Shown here one piece after another: positions 52,101 through 64,000 of a DNA stretch of 64,000 nucleotides. The stretch is taken from the NCBI GenBank assembly GCA_002633005.1, contig NMRA01000076.1, positions 562,277 through 626,276 of the forward strand. The letters are read 5' to 3'. The translations under genes and the position numbers were made by a program. The first letter of the stretch is position 1. Every line of letters starts with the position of its first letter. Under the pieces are notes generated by a model, which made no database searches, had not been told where the DNA came from, and saw only the letters and a program-made list of their open reading frames with translations. Origin of the DNA: Phoronis australis. Taxonomy: Eukaryota > Animalia > Phoronida.

Positions 52101-55100
52101 AAACAAGCAATGCGGAGATGGGCGCTGAAACCCCCATGTTAGGAGTCTTATAGAAATTCGCGAACAGGCTAAGCAGAAGCGATAACTTACGCGAAACAGA
52201 GTAATTTTTCAAATCTATGTGTTGTGTCTTCTTTAGTACAGTGATTCTCTCTTATTCTAAAGCGGAGCAACATCAACAGACTCTTTTTCTATTTAAAACG
52301 TTAAACCTTGTTTTATAACCTCAATCATGAGCGCACCCAGCGTAAAAAATGGGGGCTCGAATTTTTGAGAATTTGGACCTTTTACTAAGATTCACGGGGT
52401 ACGTTCAGAGCTATGAATTGTGCATTCGCCAAATTTTGGTATTTCCTGCCTTTTTAGAGGCCTTTTGTCCCGTTTTCCACTGTTTTCGGAGTTTTTTGCT
52501 CACTACTACAAAATTTGGAGCTCGTTCAAGCCCTCTCGAGCCCTCTTGGGTGCGCGTGTCAATGTCTAAACCGGTTATCCCAGAAGTTGCAGGTGGGGTC
52601 ATGTTATATAATTTTTTTTCTAAGTTTCGTGAAATATCCAGTTTTGGGCTCTTTACTCATTCGACCCTGAGCACCATATGGTATAAACAGCTTAATGGAC
52701 TGGCTGAGCGGTGGAATTGCTGTGCGTGAACTTGGAATCCTGCTTAATCTCGAGATTAAGCGGAAGTGAGTGTTGCGTGAACTTGGAATTGAATATTCTT
52801 TAAGGCAAAAAGGTGAAATTTTTGGTCGGTGGAAAGAATTTTTGTAATTATTGGCCTCGCGATCAACCATTTTCTCCTTTACCGTAACTTGTGTCGCTGA
52901 ACCGGAGGAGTGTGTGGATGGCTAAATCGATCATTGTTTAGGGTTGAAAAGGTTGGTTAAAACTGACATTATTTTATTCAAATGTACCAGGGGAGAATAT
53001 CCAAGACAGCTTTCTCAGTCCACTATTTTGGAAATGCAGCAGCCACTCGGGTTTGAGATATCCCTTTTCGATTTTTCTCAGCATGCTCTGAGAGTCTGTC
53101 ACAATAACTGCGCAGGTATGCATGCTTTCCTGTAGCCATGCAAGTGCCTTTTCAGCAGCAACCTCCTCCATCTTCATACTAGATGTCGTGAGCTAATATG
53201 CCTCACCATTTTCCGCTACTATTGTGCCATCCACATTGACTACATAGCCCCATCCAGATCTTTCTCCTCTTTTAACCGATCCATCAGTGTACACCACAGC
53301 ATATCCCTCACTACAATTTTCATAGACCAGCTCGAAAACTTCACTGTTACTGCACCAGCCGCCCTGTCACGACACTCTCGGCCCATAGTAATGACAACCC
53401 TGGTGAATCTGCAAGCTGCTTTGTCATCCACCTTCGTATACTCTTCTCCTCTGCGAACCAGATCCATCTCACACACTCTTTCTACTGTGGTCTCCGCTGC
53501 TGCCAACCATGATTTGCCACGCTTTCATCTGGTGCCTTTGGGTACAACCAACTGATCATGCAAAAGATGTTTCTTGTTTTTAGCCAACCGGAACATTGCT
53601 TTCACCTGGGCTAGTGTGTGCCTTTGTTCAACACTCGAGAGCCCCAGAATGTATTTCATTGCTGCTATTGGGGTGTCCTGAATACACCCAAGGACAATTC
53701 GCATCCCAGTGTTCTGTATCCTCTCTAATTTCGTCATTTGCGTCTTGGATGCTGTGATGATGCCAAAACCGCAATCAATGACTGACAATTCTATCGCCTT
53801 AAAGAAGATCAATAGCTGGCGTTGTTCTACTCTACAGGTAGCCATGGTCTTTAATGCAGCTAGTCCATGTGCGCACCGCTTAATTAGGTGGTTCACATGC
53901 TCTTTGTAACTCAGCGTTCTGTCAAACGTTATCCCCAGGTACTTAAGGCCAGGTACTCATTCCACTTCCTCTCCCCCTATTCTCACTCGTGTCAGGTCTT
54001 TGCGTACTACATGGTTATCCAGAAAACACCAAAGCGCTGCTGCCTTACTGGGGTTCACAACTGCATTAAATTCATCACACCATTCATTGACCTCCTCCAG
54101 AGCCCTTCCTGCAACCTCAACCATGTCGTCTCTGTTGGTGCCTTCAGTGTATATAAGGGCATCATCTGCGAAAGTTAGTATTCTTCCCCCCGTTATAGTC
54201 ATACTGGCACGCCGTCTCGTGTTGATGTTGTACATTACTGGTGACAGTGGTGATCCTTGTGGAAGTCCAGGAGTTATTGTAACTCAAACAAACATACACT
54301 ATTTCATGGAAGAATATCTCTATAACCTTTCAAAAGTTACTACAACCACTACAAAGTTAACACGCTTCCGGGTTTTTCCTTGAATTGATAATTTGCTCGT
54401 GAAGAAATGGTTCTAAAGTCCAGAAATAACAGCCAATAGGCATAAACGTCACAAACAATAAGTTAATACAGAGTCTGGTGTCTCAATCCTCAGTGGAAAA
54501 AAAACTGGGAATACCCAAGATATAATTAAACATTGCTGCCTTCTATCCCTCCTGAAGGCGTGATCCGTCTGTGAGATACATTGCTTAGATAACGCCTCCA
54601 GTCGGCAACCGTCACTGAGTGAAAACAGTCACGCCATATGGAGGAATGAGTTGATGTGACTGTTGAGAATTAAAACAAATTATTTCACATTTCTTTAAGA
54701 TTTGATGAAATGATGTTACACGGCGAAGCTTAGCACACTAGGAGCCTGGTTAAAATGTTCATGTACCCAGTTTCGAAAGAGCAAAGAATGTATTACACCC
54801 ACTCGTTGCCAGCATGAGGTAGACCATGCAGAAGATATCGTTTTTTTCCAAGTACTTACATATGTAAACGAATTCTTGTTAGAAGACGAGAGTTCGCATT
54901 CCATCTGAAATTCGTCACCCGGCAAAACAACCTTCTCTTTCCTCCTGACGACCATTTCTTGATAGTTAAAGTCGTAATTGTTGTCTGCAAACACGGGTTC
55001 CTGTTCAATGCCGTTGCGGATATGACGCAAACGCATCTTCCTTCCCAGCAAGTGCGAATGCAAAACGCCTGCAAATATCTTGATGCCGTCAGGTTCAGCT

Positions 55101-58100
55101 GCCAGGCCCTGCAATATGTAAAGCAAATGCTTCACTCAGGTTTTCATAGTAATCCCAATTAGTACCATAAACTAACATTTTGAGTCATTCAAGTATGAGC
55201 ATCTTTCTCATAATTGTTCAATGCGACTAAGAGAGCGCGCTGCCTTAGGAAGTCCGTTCTATCAAGAAGAGTCAGTGTTCAATGAGTGACGGATTTCAGC
55301 AAGACCGTAGATCACCTATTTACGAATAATTACAATCACGTATCACAAAGTAACATCACGTGACCTAATGAATCAAAATCTGAAAAGATTTCTGCCCCAC
55401 GGTTATAGCAGAAGGTCCCGGATTCGAGTATCGGTTGGGGCATATTCATTAGGTTACGTGATGTGACAACAGGTGGCGTGTTGACCAGACTGAAAAATCT
55501 TTCTGATACACATTTTCACGCCGGTTACATATTTATATTATTACAATCATGATAATTCAAAACTACTGCGTATGTTTTGGTGGTCGTTTCAAATTTCCGA
55601 CACTTGACGATTCAGTAATACTGCATTGTTTAAGCAAAACAGTATATTTAGGAATGAACTCCGGTTGTAACTTGCGACCATTCATCTAAACCCGTTGTGA
55701 AGTTACCACGGACTCGTTGTCACGTGCATTATAACTATAGGCTGTCACTCCTGTGAAATTCTAGCGGTCTGCTGTTGCAATCACGACATCGCTTCACTTT
55801 TAGTTGTGCCTAAAGATGAGGCCGTCAGTGACATGACTTGTCGTGAAATACGGCCGCCTGTACAAACACCCTAATTTGGAAGATGCCGGGACGCATGTAG
55901 CTTGAATTTGAACGGCTTTGCCTAAACTAGATGACAGAAAGCATTGACCTTGTGTTTAACCAATTTCGCGTGCAAGAAAGACTGCTGCGAATAAACACCT
56001 TAACGAAAGTCTTTGTCTCCACGTGAAAGTCGGCTTGCTTCACTAGCCCTGGTACAAATATGTGACAAAAAGTGAAAATCAAAGTAGTTGTCTCCAGCTG
56101 AGACTACGGCGTACCTCTTTTGTACAGTCGCCCACACAGTACCCGTATGACGTGAACGATGGTTGATTTGGTGGAATTGCTTGCGTTGGATACACAATAT
56201 GGCCGAACTCAATTAGCCCAGCGTCATACTGACGCAGTGTTGGGGATAAGGTCAACCGTATTCCCGATGAATCGACCAAATCTAAAATACGCCAAAATCC
56301 AGAAAATATTTAATGTCGAGTATTTTTGAAATTGACGGAATTGTTACAGTCTACACGAAAAACGCTTAATTGATTGTGTGGATGAAATAAATCCTGAGGT
56401 CTGTCTCATGTAAAGTGATTTTCAGTATAAGTCTTACGGTCTTCTGCACGCAAACAAAAAAAGGAATTTTGCAATTTATCATATAGCACATCACAGTTTT
56501 ATACTGACCTATACTGTTTTTTAATTAATCAGCAATTTCGTGTAAAATCTCGGACAATTTGTATATTGCTAAATTGAAGTTAGGCCAAAAAGCATAGTTT
56601 GTACTGGCTGCTGTACGGCGGTGCGATATTTTTAGTTCCAGATTTTTTTCAAAAAGACGAGCAAAAACTTTGCGGTGTTTGATTTTTTACTTATGGCTTG
56701 TTTACTTTGCTTGGCCTTACTTACGTACATGTACCAATCTGCAGCTTTAAAGATCACCAGTCAGGCAGACTTTGGTTGAAATTGATGCGGACCCGCAAGC
56801 GCAGGTTTCAAAAGTAATCGGGTTACAGAGCAAAACCAACTATGGCTTTTGGCCTTACAATATTGTAATAATTGTAAGGGACGAGACATAAAAATTAGTG
56901 ATATATTAAACTGGTGGTTTTTTAGGGCTTTGAAATAATTGGCAGCTCCATATATTGCTCGAGAACAAGTTCTAAAAGTTGGTTTGTCATGGCACATCAT
57001 TTCATGCACCTAGCATGCACTGATCTCAATGAGTAACGAACTGTTGGTTCTTTGTGAACCCTGAAGTCACTCACATCAAAGTAAGCGAACAAGTTGAGAA
57101 AGTGGGTCAAATCAAAAGTTTGCTTCTCCGACCAACGCACGAGAACGAACGCCACAACCATGAATTACAAAAGTAGTAGGGTTACAGAGAAAAACGAACA
57201 ATGCTTTTTGGCATTGCAATATTTGTTCAGATACATTTGAAAATTAGAACACAGGGCCTCTTTAATAAAGCAATAAAATCCCACCGTCATGTTAGAAATA
57301 TTTGTGTGAAGCATGTAAAATGTGAACAAAAAGCACTTTAAAATGGTACTCATGTAGAAATGTTTTAATGGGCGTAATAATGAATTCACAGATTACGTGT
57401 AAATCTGGTTAACAATCAAGACATCAACGCCCTTGTGGCATTATTCTCTGTCAGAGCACTTCCTGTACGGATGGTGAACGACAAGCAGAAAACCACGTGT
57501 GGGCATCAGTGCGCATGCCTACATAGTGGTACAGAAAAGGCCGAAAAATTATAGAGAATTGCCGTTTTATTTTGTTTAATATCTTGTAATCCTGAGTGTG
57601 CCAAAACCTGTGTGGAATACATCGATTTAGCCAGTTCTTGCGGATGCAGGAACCACAAGCACAAAATACTTTTCAATGGCGCAGTACAATTATGCATTTC
57701 TCAACACCAACCAACCAGAATTAGCAACTGAATTTAATTTTCGAATTTCACTGTTAACCAGTTTGAAACAATTATGTATGCCGTTTTCCCACTGCTACAT
57801 CTCGGAGCACGGGGAAAGAGTGTATTTGTTATAGCATTTAACACTTACTGGATGCCATGGTTGGATTGTCATAGTGAATTTCCAAAAGCAAAAACGTCGG
57901 TTGCTGCTCATCACCAAAGGGTAGTCCCACATTAGGCGGATAATAGAAAGTCTGGAAAAGACACGTGCTTAGGAATTAGTCTAAATGTCCACTATATGCA
58001 GCATCACAAGATTCAGTAATTTGGAAGTCATACATCTCAGAGCGTTTACCTAAAGTGTTAGATCGTGAGCGTGTATTGCTACTTTGTGAAGTACCAGGGA

Positions 58101-61100
58101 GAGCGGCCAGTCACAACTTCAGTCACAGGTCAATGGACTGATAAATCGATGACGTTGATAAAGTTATGATGCAAGTCACGTATTTCACAATTCAGGAGAG
58201 TTCTTTGAAGCAAAGTTTAAAGACGAAAAAAATCCTTACACCAAAAACGGCAAATTGTTTTCAAACAGATACCTTTAGTAGTTAGGATGTAATATTTACC
58301 CAGTCATGGTTTTGTAAAATGTTCTAACTATAATGTGTTTCCCTAACAAAATTGAAATATGACTTCACCTCTCCTCCAATTGCCCAGGCGAACAAGACAG
58401 ACGTACAGGAGGGCTGTAAGTCATTTGGCATCAAACCGCAGTTTTCAGCATTCAGTAAATGAGCACCAGTTGTGTTCACATCTCCGTAACAGGCGTAGAT
58501 AATAATGTGGTGGGCGAGAGCCTCGTTTCCGGGAGTAATCACAGGTTCATACTGCAAAATGCAGAAAAGACGTTGGTGCACAGTTAATTCCCCACACCTA
58601 GCTTATGAATGGATTAAACGAGTTTGTGCTTATGTTATGATTTGCATTTCCCTCTTCTCTCCCCCCCCCCGATTTCCCTTCCTCCCTCGTTCCCAATCTC
58701 TTTCTCACTTTTTCTGGTCACATGTCCTTTCTACCCTTCCCGCCCTACCAGGTTCTGGCTACCGCACAAAAAGCACGTGCACATTTCTCGACCATCATGC
58801 AGCCCAGCACACCCAACAAGGGTTGATTAGATTTTCAGCAGAATGATACTCCACGATCACTTGTGAAGCGTTAGACACATAGATGTGCACTTAATTATTA
58901 TGTCTCTAATATTAAGATTATGAAAAGTTCAACATGGAACAATGGCCACTTCCCGCCATTACTACAGCCCTTCCCGTAGTTGTTTCTGAAGCATTTATTG
59001 TTGCACAGTGATTGGCAACGCCGGCATAAAAACAAAAAAGCTAAATGTTTTTTATTTGCCCGGCGACTCTGCACAGAAGTGTGGACCTGCATTTAAAAAA
59101 CTGGGCCTGTCACAAAGACGATTTCAAGACGATAGAATCCCTCCCCACTGATATCATAGATATGTTTCCCAATGCCCCTACCCTGGCCTTGATGAAAACT
59201 TCGGTACCCGACATGCAGGGTTTTCCAGCGATGCACTTAACGAGTGAAGCATCTAGTACCGAATAGCCGCGATAATATCAAGAACGGTTTACCACCAGTG
59301 TAACTCACGATCCTTCGTGGGAACTCTTTCGGTGAAAAAAATGGACGCGACTAAGTCAACAGATCTTTGGGAGCGAATCGTTAACTACATGGACAGTTAC
59401 AATGCGCGAGAATAGATCAACATAGGACGTGGATAGGAGTGGATTGTCATATATTTCCAGTTTCAAGTAAGTTTGATTTCATAAATTAACGAGACGAGAA
59501 AACAAGTTAAACGTAGGCCCGGGGCGTGTGTAGCTTAGAAATGTCCACAATGTGTGGTTTAGCCTATCGAAGGCATTAGCGTGGCTCTAGAATTGCTCAA
59601 TGTCAAATGGGGGCGGGTGATTGCCAGTCCACTGGACGAGGAGCATTTTCCCAGTTGTTCAGTCGGCGGCAAGAATTAATCGCATAATGCTCTGAATTAA
59701 CCAGTGCACTTCGTTACTCGTTTCGACTGGATTTCCTAATCAAGTTAAATTTCACCAATATACTCGATGCATGCTAGGTTAACCAAACATTCACCGTCTC
59801 CGCCAAAAGCCGTTTTATACAGGCTTCTATACAAGTAAACAGTTTTGTAAAGAACTCGTGAAAATAGTTGATGTCGAGTCGTGAACTAGGTTTTGATTGC
59901 GTTACCGTGACAATTGATTCTTTTCAACTGTCAAAGCTAGAAAAAACAACAAAATGTTTCCATGTTCACAGAAATTAACCACGTCTTGAAAGGTTACATT
60001 CTGTCATGAAACCAATAAGTTACACCGACCTTAAGCACGTGATGCTTCTTAGCCAATGAGGGCACGTTGAAACCTTTGCACCAGTACACCGTGTCTTTTG
60101 CTGGCACGTTCACCTTAAACACAATAAGCTTATTAATATCGCTGGAATCAACAATTGTTATAATCTAATACAAATCAATACGTTCGACGATGTCCGTTTA
60201 ACTTTACCTATTATTTCGCAGACAAAGTTTACCTTCTTCCGTCGTCTTTACCCTAACGTGACTTCCGTTTTTTTCTTAAAGCCGCGGCTATCAGCCACAT
60301 TCTGGTGTCATAAACGAGTTAGCTGACATCTCTGCTATTTCAAAGCAAGGTCGTCGCGTTCTTATCCTTTGTTTAGAGTTGGCTCGGATTTTGGATGCCT
60401 ATACTGCAGCGGCGACTAATAAGAGAGCAGTTGAACCACCGTAACTTAACGGGCCTGGCTTGAATCAGTTACGACCCAGTTACGACCCGTCTATATATCT
60501 CATATTTGTCGAAGGAAACACGAAGACAAACCCATTATTAATAATCAAACCCATGTCTACGGTCTTAACCGTGATGTTCAATTTCCTACCCCTTTACTAC
60601 GAGGTCTGTGAACACACGGCTCTGTTTCTTTCACTGAAGGCATTTCGCTGCGACCCCCTTCCCCTTCCTGAACATGGTACCGTCTTATTGTTTTATTTTA
60701 TTCTACTTTGTTGTTTGCAACCATTTAAAAACTCAAAAGGTCCACAATTAAGAACGACACATGTGGTCTTTTTTAACTACACGTATTAGCGGTTTTATCT
60801 TTTCTCTACCCTTTCTACTGTTTTAACAAGATTTTACCATTATAGATTGCCGCATATACCACCGCAAAACTTATTAATTCTTTTCTTTATTGATTTCTAG
60901 GTTGAGAAATTGTCCAAGCGGTTACGAACATTTTTTCCATAAAAAAGTTTTGTTTCAGACCATTTAACGTCATGAAATTGCTGAGATTCAAGTGATCGTT
61001 TATGTACTTACGTTGCTGACATTAAAGTCCCACGTGATGATATCGTTCGGCAATGCTGGGGTAGGCGTGATAGCTCCGAGAAGTAAAACGCTTTTTGTGC

Positions 61101-61803
61101 CTCGGTTGGAGTTGTGATAAGACACAGTATCAGTCGACCCATAGGCGAAAATAAGGCGGAAAGTATCCGACTGATGAAATAAAAAACGGAGATTTGCTGG
61201 AAAACACTTGTATGTATAATTGCTGATTCAACATTTACAATGCTTCAATGTTACGCCACGATTCACGTGCCCTTTCTCATAACTTCAATTGATCACTGGC
61301 TTCACTAACACAAAATGAATCCAATGCATTACGAAAAATAAACTCACACAAGCTAAATTTGCCGTACTTTCTGAGTACTTTATATTCTTCATATTATGTT
61401 CACAAAGCCAATGACAAGATGTTGGTAGTCATGTTACCGTCTTTTTCAGTCGAACGTCTACAGATGTCGCCAAACCTGACATGACGTTTCATAAGCGGAT
61501 CCACGATCAGGGATGTCAAGTGATTGATCCGATCCCTCCTTTTAAAAAGCCTGGAACCGCCCCTGTTTTTCATCAGACAAAAGCAAGTGGGCTCAGAAAC
61601 TCATGTTATTTCTCAAGCCTGATATTTAAAATTCTCCAACAGACACTAATACGTACGTTGATAAGCATGTCGTTATTGTCACACGTGTCAAGTTTTCTTC
61701 GGAACCTCAGCGTGGTCCGTGACTGATTTTGAGAGCTGTGGAGTAACTCATAGTCATCTGAACTGTCAATAGAGGGCATGGTTTTACCCGTTGCATGACG
61801 ATC
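48958..61803 (-). CDS. MOXD1: DBH-like monooxygenase (MOXD1-like copper type II monooxygenase), 5'-partial, 10 exons in window
   Basis: DOMON remnant, CuH ligands (AHHII, EIHYDN), CuM ligands (LHSHLLG, DEMCL), YDFNYQE, hydrophobic C-terminal tail; exons join in frame. Confidence 0.9.
49508..49676 (-). CDS. MOXD1: MOXD1-like penultimate exon (EKRQMVITSGEYNGLNEYEALTKMTWD...IQCSANGYQSLS)
   Basis: Phase-compatible tttcag acceptor and gtaggt donor; boundaries less certain. Confidence 0.7.
50855..50994 (-). CDS. MOXD1: MOXD1-like exon (GGLATTDEMCLSFVLYYPRVNLTRCSSTP...)
   Basis: Manual translation; EMC CuM Met ligand. Confidence 0.92.
51116..51771. mobile_element. GC-rich MITE spanning an assembly gap
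   Basis: CAGTGGCGGATCTAG ... CTAAATCCGCCTATG termini, AATAA on both flanks. Confidence 0.75.
52326..52558. mobile_element. Small MITE
   Basis: CATGAGCGCACCC ... GGGTGCGCGTG termini, TCAAT on both flanks; related end at ~62630-62662. Confidence 0.65.
52960..54290 (-). mobile_element. 5'-truncated non-LTR retrotransposon fragment with RT and RNase H (I/Ingi/Nimb-like group)
   Basis: PGLPQGSPLSPVMYN, LTFADD, YLGITFD, KLERIQNTGMRIVLG, and RNase H-like VYTDGS and VIVTDSQS; frameshifted. Confidence 0.85.
54860..55108 (-). CDS. MOXD1: MOXD1-like exon (GLAAEPDGIKIFAGVLHSHLLGRK...YDFNYQE...NSFTY)
   Basis: CuM HSH motif; homology. Confidence 0.93.
56115..56281 (-). CDS. MOXD1: MOXD1-like exon (LVDSSGIRLTLSPTLRQYDAG...GYCVGDCTKE)
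   Basis: Homology; AG/GT. Confidence 0.93.
57849..57951 (-). CDS. MOXD1: MOXD1-like exon (TFYYPPNVGLPFGDEQQPTFLLLEIHYDNPTMAS)
   Basis: Manual translation; LEIHYDNP motif. Confidence 0.93.
58369..58551 (-). CDS. MOXD1: MOXD1-like exon (YEPVITPGNEALAHHIIIYAC...FAWAIGGE)
   Basis: CuH His pair; homology. Confidence 0.93.
60030..60113 (-). CDS. MOXD1: MOXD1-like exon (VNVPAKDTVYWCKGFNVPSLAKKHHVLK)
   Basis: Manual translation; DTxYWC motif. Confidence 0.9.
61012..61170 (-). CDS. MOXD1: MOXD1-like exon (SDTFRLIFAYGSTDTVSYHNSNRGTKSVLLL...WDFNVSN)
   Basis: Manual translation; YHxxNRGTKS motif. Confidence 0.9.
61657..61803 (-). CDS. MOXD1: MOXD1-like exon (DOMON: DRHATGKTMPSIDSSDDYELL...RFRRKLDTCDNNDMLIN)
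   Basis: Homology; AG/GT. Confidence 0.9.
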
Positions 61804-64000
61804 CTGTTGGTAAGAAGAGAGCACATTAATTATGCAAACTGTAAAACTGTACATTTTAGAATTGATGTGATGCATTTGCTCACCATGTGAACACCACACA
61901 GTTTGTCTTATGCGAAAAATCAGAGTGTGAAGACACGAGAAACATATAATTATATTCCACATGACATTCCTCTGTGCGTTTTGCCATTAGTGTGAGTCAT
62001 TTCTGTTTTGTTCGCCTTGGTTACTGTTGTCCTAAATCTCACAAATTGCTAATATCAGGAAGGCATGGCAATATCTTGCTCAAACTATTTTACTTGATGC
62101 ACCTTTCCAATTCACCAAATAGGTCATTGTGCCTTAAAGTTATGTAAGGCAGTACAAAAATGTCTAAATATGGCTAACTTCGGAACATCATATTCAAAAA
62201 TTTATTGCTCTATCAGATACTATGCTTTACGCACTGTCCTCTTAGAGATTGTTAGAAATTGCTTTTAAAATGATTACTTTCATGAAAAAAAAAAACGCAT
62301 AAGTTGAAAAAAAAAACGAAATGACAATTTAAGAGACAGTAACATTGTTTTTGGAATTTGATCAAGAATATTTGCAACAAATGAAATGTTAAAATGCTAT
62401 TGATACGGTTTGAAACCAATGTTATCTTCTTTTTTGCTAATGTTTACAAAAAACATGGCAAGGTGACCCAATTAACGACAGATTGGTCAAAAGTCAATCA
62501 AATCGAAAAAGTAGAAAACGAGACAAAAGTCCAATCAAAAGGCAGGAGCAACCAAAATTCGACGAACTCACAATTCATAGCTCTGAACGTACCCCGTGAA
62601 TCTTAGTAAAAGGTCCACATTCTCATGAATTCGAGCCCCCATTTTTTGGGCTGGGTGCGCATAAGTTTTATTGTTATAAAACATATAGTTTTGTAGTAAT
62701 TTGGCCCAAAATGCAAACTTGTCAATAAGGTCCGACGTAACCTAAGTACCCGCTGAAGTAATTGCATCCGGGCAATATCATAATTGAGTAATGTACCGTC
62801 ATTACATCGCCAGACATCATCACTTCCTACACCCCTAAAGACAGCACTGAACATTTTGTAGTTTCTATGTGTCAGGTTTGGCGGCTGTTTTGAGGACTCA
62901 CATCGAAAATAATTTCAAGAAAATTGACGTGCTTGTGCTTTTGAGCTCTTTCTCAATGAAAAAGGCCAGGCTTTTTAGCCGTGACCACAACTTTTGATGC
63001 AAAATGATGGCTGTAGTTTGCTTTCTCTGCTGTCCAAAAACTCAAAATTGCCAAATAAGCATCAAGCAAGGGACGAACTAAGACCACATTTTTAGAATCT
63101 GGGTAGAACGAGCATTCTGAATCTGTAGATTTTTTGTAGCACTTGTAGGGAAATGGTAATTTTTGGGGAGAAAACTGTCAAATTTGGGACATTTGATTCT
63201 ATTTTTAAGCCGGAATTTTTTCGATGTGAAATAACTGATTAAAAATCTGTAGCATAATTAAGTTTCAGCTATCACGAGTAGTTTTTTAGACATGGAAATA
63301 CTACATAACCTTTTTCAAACTGTTGATAAGGACTCTTGATAAGGAAGTTGGGAAAGGACTCATCCACTTACATGTAGGTGCGCTTTGGCAGCCAAAATCC
63401 TGTAATAACTGCAGTGTGCCACCTTGACTCATACAGGAAATGCAGAATTGCTACTCGCAAGGGTTGTATGGCGAGTCATCGCGAGACTTCTTATACCAAT
63501 CACGTGTCATCCCAAGAAGATTTGCAAATAAACCCTACTTATCTTTCACAACCCGTACAGTCAGAGGCATTTAGGTTGCGTAACTGTAGTTTGAGCGTTG
63601 GATAGAGTTTTTCCAATACGGCCTAATGCGCCCAGCCTCAGGTATTTTATGCTAAACTTGACTGATGAATGCATATTATTAGTAACTAAATTAATTTTAG
63701 TAATTGCGTATGATTGAATGTTAACATAAGGACCTTAAAGTAGCCAGAAAGCAAAAAATATACTGTTTTTAGATTTTTACATTGACGTTATCATTACTGA
63801 TTGATCTGTATTACAATGAAAATATCAATACCTTTGAAAATCCAATGTTGTTTTTGGTCGGGTTTTGAACCGTGAAATGCCACTGAAGGCCAGTGATTTG
63901 ATGTGTATTGCTTGACCGTACACCAGCTTGGTGATAAAGAGATTTATCTGCAGTGTACTGATTGGATCTTATCTGTCGGCAAACATTGCGTAATCCAACA

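Noticed and set aside
5343-61803. CYP1-like + MOXD1-like monooxygenases as a biosynthetic gene cluster
   Set aside because: They are >40 kb apart, separated by housekeeping EFR3, and nothing in the sequence indicates co-regulation
63360-63605. Possible upstream MOXD1 exon
   Set aside because: No DOMON N-terminal motif (e.g. GWVGFG) found; the 5' exons probably lie beyond the window

Overview
Eukaryotic (metazoan, probably marine invertebrate) draft-assembly window: AT-rich, with spliceosomal GT-AG introns and three N-gaps. It holds three protein-coding genes. (1) An intronless CYP1-like cytochrome P450 (+, 5343-6848). (2) A multi-exon EFR3 (PI4KA scaffold) gene on the minus strand; I traced 20 coding exons in frame from 38447 to the stop at 13960, and exon 1 is tentatively at ~47140-47155. 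(3) The 3' ten exons of a MOXD1/DBH-like copper monooxygenase on the minus strand (61803-48958; 5' end outside the window). The rest is transposon-rich: a nested CR1-type LINE > hAT-like (5-bp TSD) > Kolobok (TTAA, THAP plus KolX-like remnants) stack, a second hAT-like element, an RT-RNase H LINE fragment and several MITE families. The most notable oddities are a tandemly duplicated EFR3 exon 4 with only synonymous differences (most likely uncollapsed haplotypes), a decayed array of exon-9 copies inside the following intron, and repeated 5-bp target-site duplications on CA...TG elements. I see no convincing novel multi-gene system. All calls are by eye, without database searches.
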